A DNA stretch of 64,000 bases, from positions 18,377 to 82,376 of the forward strand of contig DASYQX010000049.1 in NCBI GenBank assembly GCA_036004985.1. The letters run 5' to 3'. Shown one piece after another: positions 48,111 to 56,265 of the stretch. The position numbers were made by a program, and so were the translations under genes. The notes beneath the pieces are model-generated. The model made no database searches and was not told the DNA's origin. It saw only the letters and a list, made by a program, of their open reading frames with translations. The first letter of the stretch is position 1. Every line of letters starts with the position of its first letter. The DNA is from Gemmatimonadales bacterium. Its GTDB lineage: Bacteria > Gemmatimonadota > Gemmatimonadetes > Gemmatimonadales > GWC2-71-9.

Positions 48111-49112
48111 CTACTGCCACCCGCGGAGACTGCGCACGAAATCGTGCAACACGAGGAACTTCTCGAACAAGATGACGCCCTTGCGTTTGCGCCCGAACTC
48201 CGTGAACAGCTCCCGCAGCCGGCCCCGGCGCGAGACGTAGATGCGGAACGTCTCCGCGAAGTCTTCCTGCGGGTGGGTCGCGGCGTACGCCGTCACGAAG
48301 TTCGGAAGCGTGGTGGTCACGCGCCGGCGCTCGAAGTCCACCCAGTGCTCGTCCGCCACGCGGTAGACTTTGCGCACCTCGCCGAAGGCGCGGCGGAACC
48401 GCCCCGTCCGCGTCCACGACCAGTGGTGGTAGAGGAACGAGTGGCCCAGCTCGTGGAGGATGAGTCCGGTGAGCATGTTCCAGGAGATCTCGTCGCGCCG
48501 GCGTTTGACAGTCACGTAGCGCCGCTCGATCTCGATCACCTTGGGGGCGAGGTGCGACACTCCCGACACCCCCGGGCGCAGCAGGATGCGGTAGTGCCAC
48601 ACCTTGATGCGGGCCGCCACGAGGAACCCGCGGGCGCGCGCCAGGCCCTGCCGGATCAGATCGCGGCCGGTCGCGTCTTCGCCGCACCAGGGGCAGGTGT
48701 GCATCCAGTCGTCCACGCCCCGGTCGCAATGCGGGCAGACGTTCTGGTACTCGCGATAGGGCCACCGCTGGCCGCGGCCGCACCAGGGGCAGAACTGCAT
48801 CGGGTACATGAGCCCGCCCGAGCAGCGGCGGCAGCGCCGCTCGAACTTGAAGCCCTTGGGCCGCTTCAGGGGCTCGGGACTCGAGTCGCGGTCCGTGATG
48901 TCGCGACCGCACCACGGGCAGAACGAGTAACTGTCCGAGACCAGCCAGCCGCAATACCGGCACTCGGCGTTCGTGATGCGTTGGAGGTCGCGCCAGTGGA
49001 GGCGCCGGCCGCAGTTGGCGCAGTGATACCAGAACTGCTCGACCTCCGCCGCGCAGGAGGGGCAGCGGAGCTCGGGCCTGGGGACCTCGCGCCGTCGCCT
49101 AGTCGCGGCCAC
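48111..49112 (-). CDS. Protein with four tandem zinc ribbons and a C-terminal HExxH putative zinc metallopeptidase domain
   Basis: Four CxxC-x10-CxxC units (CPSC..CANC, CRYC..CPWC, CRRC..CPWC, CPHC..CPWC) are followed by LILHELGHSFLYHHW. This resembles the putative zinc-binding metallopeptidase family. Its start overlaps the ATP-grasp stop by 14 nt. Confidence 0.7.
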   Translation of the reverse strand: MAATRRRREVPRPELRCPSCAAEVEQFWYHCANCGRRLHWRDLQRITNAECRYCGWLVSDSYSFCPWCGRDITDRDSSPEPLKRPKGFKFERRCRRCSGGLMYPMQFCPWCGRGQRWPYREYQNVCPHCDRGVDDWMHTCPWCGEDATGRDLIRQGLARARGFLVAARIKVWHYRILLRPGVSGVSHLAPKVIEIERRYVTVKRRRDEISWNMLTGLILHELGHSFLYHHWSWTRTGRFRRAFGEVRKVYRVADEHWVDFERRRVTTTLPNFVTAYAATHPQEDFAETFRIYVSRRGRLRELFTEFGRKRKGVILFEKFLVLHDFVRSLRGWQ

Positions 49113-50109
49113 GCGCCAGCGCCTCGTCCACGATCCGCTGAATGAAATCGTTGTACTTGAGGCCAGCCTTTTCCGCCGCGTTGGCCATCTCGTGCTCGTA
49201 GGCGATGAACGGGTTGGGATTCACTTCGAGCACGTAGACTTCGTCGTCGTGAGCCAGCCGCACGTCGACGCGCCCGTAGTCCTGCAGCCACAGGGCGTGG
49301 AAGGCGGTGGTGCAGATCTCGGCGATTTTCGCCGTCAGCTCGTCCGACAGCCCCTTGGCGAACACATTCTTGATCTTCTTGCGCTTGCGGTACTCCTCGT
49401 CCCATTTCGCCTTGTAGGTGGCGATCCGGTGCTCGCCGTCCTCCGGCTCCCCAAACGTCATCTCGGTGAGAGGCAGCACCTCGACCTTGGCGTTGCCGAT
49501 CAGCCCCACGTACAGCTCCCGGCCCTCGACCAGCTCCTCCACGATGGCGGCCTGGCGGTACTTCTCGTGGATGAACTCCGCCCGTTGCGTCAGGCTGTGG
49601 TCGTCCTCCACGACCGAGGCCTGCGCGATCCCGACGGACGCATCCTCGAGCAGCGGCTTCACGATGAGGGGAAACCGCAGCTCCGAGGGCCGGACGAGCT
49701 CGTCACCCGGGTGGTACTCGGCGAACGCCGGCACGCGGATGCCGTGATACGCCAGGACCTTCTTGGTCAGAGACTTGTTGCGCGCCACGAGGAGCGCGGT
49801 CGGTGACGAGCCGGTGTACGCGTACCCGTGCATGTCGAGCACCGCCGCGACCGCGTACTCGTGGCGGGCGTGTCCCCGAAACGCCTCGCACCCGTTGAAC
49901 ACGAGCTTCGGCTCGAACGCGGCGAGCCGCTCGAGCAGCGGTCCCACCCCGTCGCGGATGCCGACCATGAGCACGTCGTGGCCCTTCGCCATGAGAGCCC
50001 GCGCGACGTCGTATTCCGCCTCCTCCACCTTCCCCTCGGCGACTTCCCGCTTGTAGTCCGCATCCTGCCAGTCGGCGTGAGGGGAATCGAACACGACCGC
50101 GATCTTCAC
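49099..50109 (-). CDS. ATP-grasp ligase of the D-alanine--D-alanine-ligase-like family (probably not a true Ddl)
   Basis: KIAVVFDS...; ATP-grasp core FPLIVKPLLEDASVGI, IVEELVEGRELYVGLIG and YVLEVNPNP. Confidence 0.8.
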   Translation of the reverse strand: MKIAVVFDSPHADWQDADYKREVAEGKVEEAEYDVARALMAKGHDVLMVGIRDGVGPLLERLAAFEPKLVFNGCEAFRGHARHEYAVAAVLDMHGYAYTGSSPTALLVARNKSLTKKVLAYHGIRVPAFAEYHPGDELVRPSELRFPLIVKPLLEDASVGIAQASVVEDDHSLTQRAEFIHEKYRQAAIVEELVEGRELYVGLIGNAKVEVLPLTEMTFGEPEDGEHRIATYKAKWDEEYRKRKKIKNVFAKGLSDELTAKIAEICTTAFHALWLQDYGRVDVRLAHDDEVYVLEVNPNPFIAYEHEMANAAEKAGLKYNDFIQRIVDEALARGRD

Positions 50110-50128
50110 CGCGCCCCTCCCACCGCCC

Positions 50129-51637
50129 TCACGCTGCCACCCGCCCCATGTCCCGCCCCACGGTGCGCAACGCGATCAGGATCACGAGCCCGCCCACCAC
50201 GCCGACCGCAGGCAGGACGAGCATCGCGGTGCGCAGGCTGCCGCTCTGGTCGGACAGGTAGCCGATGAGCGGCGGCGCGAGCGCGTCGCCCGCCAGGTGG
50301 GAGAACAGCACGAAGGCGCCCAGCACCGACGCCTGCACGGCGGGCGGCACGACGTCGAGGATGACCGCCGCCAGCGGGCCGTTGTACCACGTATAGAGGA
50401 AGTACGTCCCCGCGACGAGCGGAGCGAACCAGCGCAGATCTTCCACGAGGATGAGCGCGGCGCACACCGGGCCCCCCAAGACGAACCCCGCTCCCGAGGC
50501 GAGGACGCGCCCGCCCGTCCAGCGTTGCTGCAGGCGGTCCCCCACGCGGCCGCCGAACAGGGCGCCCAGGACCCCGCCGATGAGGGCCCACGTGCCGAAC
50601 CTCGCCCCGACCTCTGCGACGGAGACGCCGTGCACGCGCTGCATGAACGTGGCCGCCCAGGCAATGAGGCCGTTGACGGCGAACGTCACCATCGCGCCGC
50701 CCACGAATACCCAGATCAGGGTCGGCGTCCGCAGCACCAGGGCGGCGGCGTGTTGGAACTCGTCGAGCGCGCCGACCGCCACCTCGCTGGCCTGGGTCGT
50801 CCGCAGCACGGCGGCCGGCACCAGGCGCCACACCGTCCACGCGACCCCGGCGCTGACGCACACGCCGAAGATGGCGGTGTCCACCTCGGAGGGGATGCCC
50901 TGGATCAGCGCCAGCACGCCGGCCAGCAGCGCGCCGACACCGGTACACACCGCGAGCGGGACGACGTAGCGGATGACGCCGCGAACCCCCTGCTTCCACC
51001 ACCGCCGGAGCGTCTCGACGACCGGCGGAGGCGGCCGCCGATCCAGCTCGCGCAGGCGCGACGCCAGAACGGCGAGCACCAGGCCCGGGACGCCCATCAC
51101 GATGAATGCCCAGCGCCAGCCGTACCGGTCGGCGATCACGCCGCCGATCCAGATACCCAGGAGGCCGCCGAGCGCCATCCCGACGGAGTAAATCCCGATC
51201 GCGGACGCGCGTCGCCTGCCTTTGTAATACTGAGCGATGATCGCCTGCGAGGCCGGGCCGTAACCCGCTTCGCCCACGCCCACGAGAGCGCGGCAGGCGA
51301 ACAGCTCCCAGAAGCGGCGGACCAGACCACCCGTGGCCGTGGCGACGCTCCAGACGGCGACGCCCCAAGTGATGACGCTGCTGCGCGAGCGGAGATCGCC
51401 GATCACGCCGAGGGGCAGGGCGGCGAGCGAGAGCACGATGATGTAGGCCGACGCGAGCCAGCCGAGCTGCGCATCGGTGAGGGCGAGGTCGTGCTTGATG
51501 GGCTCGAACACCGCGTACACGACGTTGCGGTCGAGATAGTTGAGGAGATTGATCAGCGTGAGCAGGCCCAGGACGTAAGCGGCGTACGCCCTGGAGCCGC
51601 CCTCGGGTCCGCCGGCGTCAGGTGGCGCGCCCGCCAG
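50129..51637 (-). CDS. MFS transporter with a proposed non-canonical CTG start
   Basis: About 12 TM helices. The track ORF starts at GTG 51520, but the in-frame upstream sequence [24 protein letters not shown] encodes the conserved MFS TM1. There is no ATG, GTG or TTG between the in-frame stop at 51692-51694 and 51520. CTG 51637 has GGAGG 6 nt upstream. Confidence 0.7.
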   Translation of the reverse strand: MAGAPPDAGGPEGGSRAYAAYVLGLLTLINLLNYLDRNVVYAVFEPIKHDLALTDAQLGWLASAYIIVLSLAALPLGVIGDLRSRSSVITWGVAVWSVATATGGLVRRFWELFACRALVGVGEAGYGPASQAIIAQYYKGRRRASAIGIYSVGMALGGLLGIWIGGVIADRYGWRWAFIVMGVPGLVLAVLASRLRELDRRPPPPVVETLRRWWKQGVRGVIRYVVPLAVCTGVGALLAGVLALIQGIPSEVDTAIFGVCVSAGVAWTVWRLVPAAVLRTTQASEVAVGALDEFQHAAALVLRTPTLIWVFVGGAMVTFAVNGLIAWAATFMQRVHGVSVAEVGARFGTWALIGGVLGALFGGRVGDRLQQRWTGGRVLASGAGFVLGGPVCAALILVEDLRWFAPLVAGTYFLYTWYNGPLAAVILDVVPPAVQASVLGAFVLFSHLAGDALAPPLIGYLSDQSGSLRTAMLVLPAVGVVGGLVILIALRTVGRDMGRVAA

Positions 51638-52754
51638 TGGCCGCCTCCGCTCGCCCGTCCCGATCCGCCTTGGCCTCGAGGTACGACTCCGTCAGCTCGC
51701 GCATCATCTCGGCGCGCCGGTCGTACAGGCGTTTGAGGCGGCGGGGCTTGCGCCGCGCGAGCGCGTACGACGCGAGGATCGGGAAGCCCACCGTGTTGTC
51801 GAGGTAGCACACCACCGTGTCCGGGAGCTTGTCGGGATCCACTTTCCCCCAGCTCACGGCTTCCGAAGGCGTCGCGCCCGAGAGGCCGCCGGTGTCGGGC
51901 CGCGCATCCGTTATCTGGAGATAGTAGTCGTGCCCCTTCTCGCTGATCCCCAGCACCTCTTGAATCTGCGGTTCCGTCTGGAGCACGAAGTTCTTGGGGC
52001 TGCCGCCGCCGATGATGAGCACGCCGCTCTTCCCGCCGCGCACTTTGGCGGAGAACACGATCGCCGAGGTCTCGTTCACGTCGGCGCTGACGTCGAAGCG
52101 CAACTTGCTCCCACTGAGCGCCTGCTCCGCGACGTTCATGCCGATGGACGAGTCACCGGGCGAGGAAGTGTACACGGGCACGCCGCACGCGTGCGCCACG
52201 CCGATCAGCGACTTGCGCGACAGCCCGAGCGCCTTCTCCCGCTCCAGGACGTAGCCGCCCAGGAGGTAGTGGTACTCGGCGGTGCTCATGGGGCGCTGGA
52301 ACTCCTCGCGCGCCGACACGTCGCGGATGAAACGATCGGTGGACAGCAGCACGTCGTAGTCGAAGAAGATGTCGTAGATACGGACGACCCCTTCCTCGCG
52401 CAGCACGACGTCGTCGGCGAACGGCGTCCCCCGGTGCATCGACATGCCGAGGCCGAAGTGAGCGTCGTGGTAGAGATTGGCGCCCGTGGACACGATCCAG
52501 TCGAGGAACCCCGCCTCGATGAGCGGGATGATGGTGGACATCCCGAGGCCCGCGGGCGTCATCGCGCCCGTGAGGCTCATCCCCACCGTCACATCGTCCT
52601 CCAGCATCCGTTCGGCGAACAACCGGCATCCCTCGGCCAGCCGGCCGGCGTTGTAGGCGAGGAACGCGTTCTCCACCAGCTCGGCCGCCGTCTCCTTGCC
52701 GGTGATGGCCTTCGGGTTGATGCGCGGTCCGCTCAGGAACTCGTTGTGCGTCAT
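51618..52754 (-). CDS. Deoxyhypusine-synthase-like (homospermidine-synthase-like) protein
   Basis: Start at ATG 52754 ([22 protein letters not shown]). The blocks STGANLYHD and [10 protein letters not shown] are typical of the deoxyhypusine synthase fold. Confidence 0.8.
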   Translation of the reverse strand: MTHNEFLSGPRINPKAITGKETAAELVENAFLAYNAGRLAEGCRLFAERMLEDDVTVGMSLTGAMTPAGLGMSTIIPLIEAGFLDWIVSTGANLYHDAHFGLGMSMHRGTPFADDVVLREEGVVRIYDIFFDYDVLLSTDRFIRDVSAREEFQRPMSTAEYHYLLGGYVLEREKALGLSRKSLIGVAHACGVPVYTSSPGDSSIGMNVAEQALSGSKLRFDVSADVNETSAIVFSAKVRGGKSGVLIIGGGSPKNFVLQTEPQIQEVLGISEKGHDYYLQITDARPDTGGLSGATPSEAVSWGKVDPDKLPDTVVCYLDNTVGFPILASYALARRKPRRLKRLYDRRAEMMRELTESYLEAKADRDGRAEAATGGRAT

Positions 52755-52758
52755 CGGC

Positions 52759-53505
52759 TCACCGGTTGAGGACTTTGTAGGCGCGGGTGCGGCGCTCGCG
52801 CGCTTCGACGATCCACTGCACGGCCTCCTCGGGCTCATCGGTGATCCGATACAGCTCCAGGTCTTCGGTCGCGATCTTCCCCTCCCCCGCCACGCGGTCG
52901 CGCAGCCAGTCGGCGAGCCCCTGCCAGTAAGCCCGGCCGAACAGCACCACCGGGAACTGCTTGACCTTACCCGTCTGCACGAGGGTCAGCGCCTCGAACA
53001 ACTCGTCCATGGTGCCGTAGCCGCCTGGAAACACGATGAACGCCATCGAGTACTTCACGAACATCGTCTTGCGGACGAAGAAATACCGGAAGTTGATCGA
53101 GCGCTCGACGTAGGCGTTCGTCCCCTGCTCGAACGGCAGCTCGATGTTGCACCCGATCGAGAGGCCGCTGCCCTCCTGCGCGCCCCGGTTCGCGGCTTCC
53201 ATGATCCCGGGGCCGCCGCCTGTGATGATCGCGAACCCGTCGCGCGCCAGCAGGCGCGCCGTCTCGAGCGCCTTCTCGTAGTACGGGTCGCTCGCCGGTG
53301 TGCGCGCCGACCCGAAGATCGTGACGGCGTTGCTCACGTCGGACAGCGTGTCGAACCCCTCGACGAACTCGCCCATGATCCGCAGCACCCGCCACGGGTC
53401 GGTGCTCGTGAACGCCGCGCGCCGTTCGGCAGGCGCCGCGGGAGTGAGGAGGCGTTCGTCCTCAGTGACCGAGGTACGTGGCGAGCCGCTCGAGCGCTGT
53501 GACAT
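52759..53505 (-). CDS. LOG-family (TIGR00730) Rossmann-fold protein
   Basis: [14 protein letters not shown] and [12 protein letters not shown] motifs. Confidence 0.85.
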   Translation of the reverse strand: MSQRSSGSPRTSVTEDERLLTPAAPAERRAAFTSTDPWRVLRIMGEFVEGFDTLSDVSNAVTIFGSARTPASDPYYEKALETARLLARDGFAIITGGGPGIMEAANRGAQEGSGLSIGCNIELPFEQGTNAYVERSINFRYFFVRKTMFVKYSMAFIVFPGGYGTMDELFEALTLVQTGKVKQFPVVLFGRAYWQGLADWLRDRVAGEGKIATEDLELYRITDEPEEAVQWIVEARERRTRAYKVLNR

Positions 53506-54649
53506 GGTCGTCCTGCACGTTATAGAAGAAAGGCGAGAGCCGCACGTGGCCGGGCCGCGCGTCGGCGACCACGCCGCCGTCGGCCAGGTGCCGCACCGCC
53601 GCGGCCGGATCGGGCACGGGGAGCATGACGATCGCGGAGCGCATCGCCGCCTCGGCAGCCACTTTGGGCGCCAGTCCCACGTCCCGCGCCCGCGCGATCA
53701 AATCCTCGGTCAGCGCCGCCGTCACCGCCCGGATGGCCGGGACGCCGATTTCCTCGAGGTACTCGAGCCCGCCGAGCTGCGCGTACACCGCGGCGAGGGC
53801 CGGCGTCCCCAGCTCGAAGCGCCGGGCGTCCTCGTGGAACGAGAGGACCCTCGAATCGAACGCAAACTGGTCGCGGTGACCGAACCACCCGGCGACCGTG
53901 GGCGCGAGGCGCCGGGCGAGCTCCTCGCGAACGTAGGCGAACACGATCCCCGGGCCGCCGAGCAGCCATTTCAACCCGCCCGCGGTGAGCACGTCCACCC
54001 CGGTCGCGCGGACATCCACGGGCACTTGCCCGACCGCCTGATAGGCGTCGATGAGGCAGAGCGCGCCCCTGGCGTGCGCGGCATCCGCGACCGCGCGGAT
54101 GTCCTGGATGGCGCCGCTCGTGAAGTACACGTGCGACGTCGCGACCAGCGCGGTGCGGTCGTCCACCGCCTGGGCGATCGCCTCCACGGGGACGCTCACC
54201 TGGTCGGGGCTCTCGACGACCACGACCTCGATGCCCTGCCGGGCCTTGGCCAGCCACTGGTAGGCCACCGTGGGGAAGTCCAGCGAGGTGATCACGACCT
54301 TGGGGCGCCGGCTGTAGTCGAGCGACTCGGCCACGGCGCTGAGCGCCACCGAGATGCTCGGGGCGAGGGCGATCTCCTGCGGCGCGGCGCCGATCAGGCG
54401 GGCGTACCGGGCGCGCAGGTCGCCGAGCGCGGCCCACCACACGTCGTACCAAGCCGACGCGCCGCGGCTCTGCCAGACGTCGAGGAATTCGGCTAGCTTG
54501 CGGCGGGAGCGCTCCCCCAACGCGCCGAGCGAGCAAGTGTTGAGGTAGATCCGCTCCCGGAAGATCGGGAACTCGGTCCGGTAGCGCGCGAGGGGATGCG
54601 GGGAGACCCCGGCCTGGGCGCGCGTCGCGAGGCCGCTTGCGAGCGTCAT
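53462..54649 (-). CDS. Class V aminotransferase-fold PLP-dependent enzyme
   Basis: FPIFRERIYLNTCSLG..., DAYQAVGQVPVD and the Lys-containing TAGGLKWLLGGPG. Confidence 0.8.
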   Translation of the reverse strand: MTLASGLATRAQAGVSPHPLARYRTEFPIFRERIYLNTCSLGALGERSRRKLAEFLDVWQSRGASAWYDVWWAALGDLRARYARLIGAAPQEIALAPSISVALSAVAESLDYSRRPKVVITSLDFPTVAYQWLAKARQGIEVVVVESPDQVSVPVEAIAQAVDDRTALVATSHVYFTSGAIQDIRAVADAAHARGALCLIDAYQAVGQVPVDVRATGVDVLTAGGLKWLLGGPGIVFAYVREELARRLAPTVAGWFGHRDQFAFDSRVLSFHEDARRFELGTPALAAVYAQLGGLEYLEEIGVPAIRAVTAALTEDLIARARDVGLAPKVAAEAAMRSAIVMLPVPDPAAAVRHLADGGVVADARPGHVRLSPFFYNVQDDHVTALERLATYLGH

Positions 54650-54671
54650 AGGCGCTCAATATACAGAAGGG

Positions 54672-54938
54672 ATGCAGACTCCCGCGAGTTGGTCCACGCT
54701 GTATTTGCGGCTCACGCTCCGGGCGCTCGTGCGCCCGCGGCTCGCCGTCGACTTGCTGCGCCTTACGTGGAGCTTCCGGGCACGCGACTGGTGGCGGCGC
54801 CCACCGTTTCTCCCCGTTCCGCCGCGCGAATACGTGCGGTGGCGCATGTTCACCGCCTACGGGGACGAGGATGCGATCCCGCCCGTCGACGACGTCGTGA
54901 ACTTCGCGCGCTGGCGGCGCGAGACGATGGGCCTGTGA
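54672..54938 (+). CDS. Hypothetical small protein (88 aa)
   Basis: Its stop forms a GTGA overlap with the queG start. It is Trp/Arg-rich with a hydrophobic N-terminal segment. Confidence 0.45.
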   Translation: MQTPASWSTLYLRLTLRALVRPRLAVDLLRLTWSFRARDWWRRPPFLPVPPREYVRWRMFTAYGDEDAIPPVDDVVNFARWRRETMGL

Positions 54939-55999
54939 ACCCTGTCGAGCGAAGCGTCGAGGTGAAGCGTCGCGGGACGGCGTTGGGCTTCGACGCCGTA
55001 GGCATCACGACGCTCGAGTCGAACCCGCACGCCGCCGAGCTGGAGCGTTGGCTCGCCGCCGGCCACGCCGGCACGATGACCTACCTCCAGCGCCAAGCCG
55101 CGAAGCGGAAAGACCCGCGCAGGATCATGACGGGGGCTAAGGTCGCCGTTGTGACCCTCACCAATTATTTCCACGGGTACCCTCAGGAGAGCCGAAGTCT
55201 GACTGACCCCGGGCGCAAGCCCGGAGATTACCACAACCCACCCGAGGGGTCGGTGTCAACACCCGGGTGGTCGGTGTCCTTGAACCCCGGACTTGCGTCC
55301 GGGGTCAGTCCACCGTCGAAGGGGCCGCGAGTCGCCCAGTACGCGTGGTCGTCCGACTACCACGACGTGCTCGGTGCGCGGCTCGAGCGGCTGGCGGCGG
55401 CGATCCGCGAGGTCGTCCCGGGCGCCGCCACGCGGGCGTACGTCGACGCCGGCCCCGTCCCCGAGCGGGAGTTGGCCCAACGCGCCGGGCTCGGGTGGAT
55501 CGCCAAGAACATGATGCTGATCCATCCGGAGCTGGGCTCCTTCACGTTCATCGGCGTCGTGCTCACCGATGCCCCCCTCGCCTCCGACCTGCCCTTCGAG
55601 GCGGACCGCTGCGGCACGTGCCGGCGCTGCCTCGACGCCTGTCCGACCCACGCCTTCGTCGCGCCGGGGGATCTGGACGCGCGGCGTTGTATCTCGTATC
55701 TCACGATAGAGCACCGCGGCCCGTTCAGCGACGATCAACGCAGAGACGTGGGCGAGTGGGTGTTCGGCTGCGATGTCTGCCAGGACGTGTGTCCGTGGAA
55801 CGTCAGCTTCGCGCGGGCGACTGCCGACGCCGAGCTCGCACCACGCGCCGACGTCGCCGCACCCGACCTCCGTGCGCTGCTCGACATGGACGAGCAGGAG
55901 TTCGCGCGCCGCTACGGCGACACGCCATTCGCGCGGCCGGGCCTCGCGGGCATGCGGCGCAACGCCGCCGCGGTCCGGGCGGCGAGGACCGGCGCGTGA
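54935..55999 (+). CDS. queG: Epoxyqueuosine reductase
   Basis: GTG 54935. GFDAVGIT...GHAGTMTYL..., YAWSSDYHDV and two 4Fe-4S motifs (CGTCRRCLDACP, CDVCQDVCPWN). It carries an in-frame insertion at about 55190-55325. Confidence 0.9.
   Translation: MNPVERSVEVKRRGTALGFDAVGITTLESNPHAAELERWLAAGHAGTMTYLQRQAAKRKDPRRIMTGAKVAVVTLTNYFHGYPQESRSLTDPGRKPGDYHNPPEGSVSTPGWSVSLNPGLASGVSPPSKGPRVAQYAWSSDYHDVLGARLERLAAAIREVVPGAATRAYVDAGPVPERELAQRAGLGWIAKNMMLIHPELGSFTFIGVVLTDAPLASDLPFEADRCGTCRRCLDACPTHAFVAPGDLDARRCISYLTIEHRGPFSDDQRRDVGEWVFGCDVCQDVCPWNVSFARATADAELAPRADVAAPDLRALLDMDEQEFARRYGDTPFARPGLAGMRRNAAAVRAARTGA
55201..55310. repeat. ~110-nt palindromic (MITE/REP-like) element inside the queG coding sequence
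   Basis: The terminal 24-nt inverted repeats gactgaccccgggcgcaagcccgg (55201-55224) and ccggacttgcgtccggggtcagtc (55287-55310) are complementary at 22 of 24 positions. Each arm also contains its own 6-bp hairpin. There is an internal 21-nt tandem duplication (55240-55257 and 55261-55278). Confidence 0.7.
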
Positions 56000-56256
56000 G
56001 TGAGGCCATCCACGATCTCCAGCGCCGGCTGGCCGACGGGCTCGCCAAGATCGACCCGCACCACCGGCTGCTCGGCCGCCCGGTCAGCTATCGGGTGATC
56101 GACGACCAGACGTTGGAGATCACCTACCGCGACGTGGCCGGGATCGCGGAAGCCGAGGTGCTGGGCGTGAAACGCCTGCTGGGGGAGTGCTTCTGCACCG
56201 TGAGCCCCCAGACGGCGGAAAGTCTAACGGTGCGGTTCGTGGTGCCCCTCAAGTAG
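55996..56256 (+). CDS. Hypothetical small protein (86 aa)
   Basis: GTG 55996 forms a GTGA overlap with the queG stop. Only the C-terminal part of track ORF 55267..56256 has a balanced composition. Confidence 0.45.
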   Translation: MSEAIHDLQRRLADGLAKIDPHHRLLGRPVSYRVIDDQTLEITYRDVAGIAEAEVLGVKRLLGECFCTVSPQTAESLTVRFVVPLK

Positions 56257-56265
56257 CGGAGGAAA

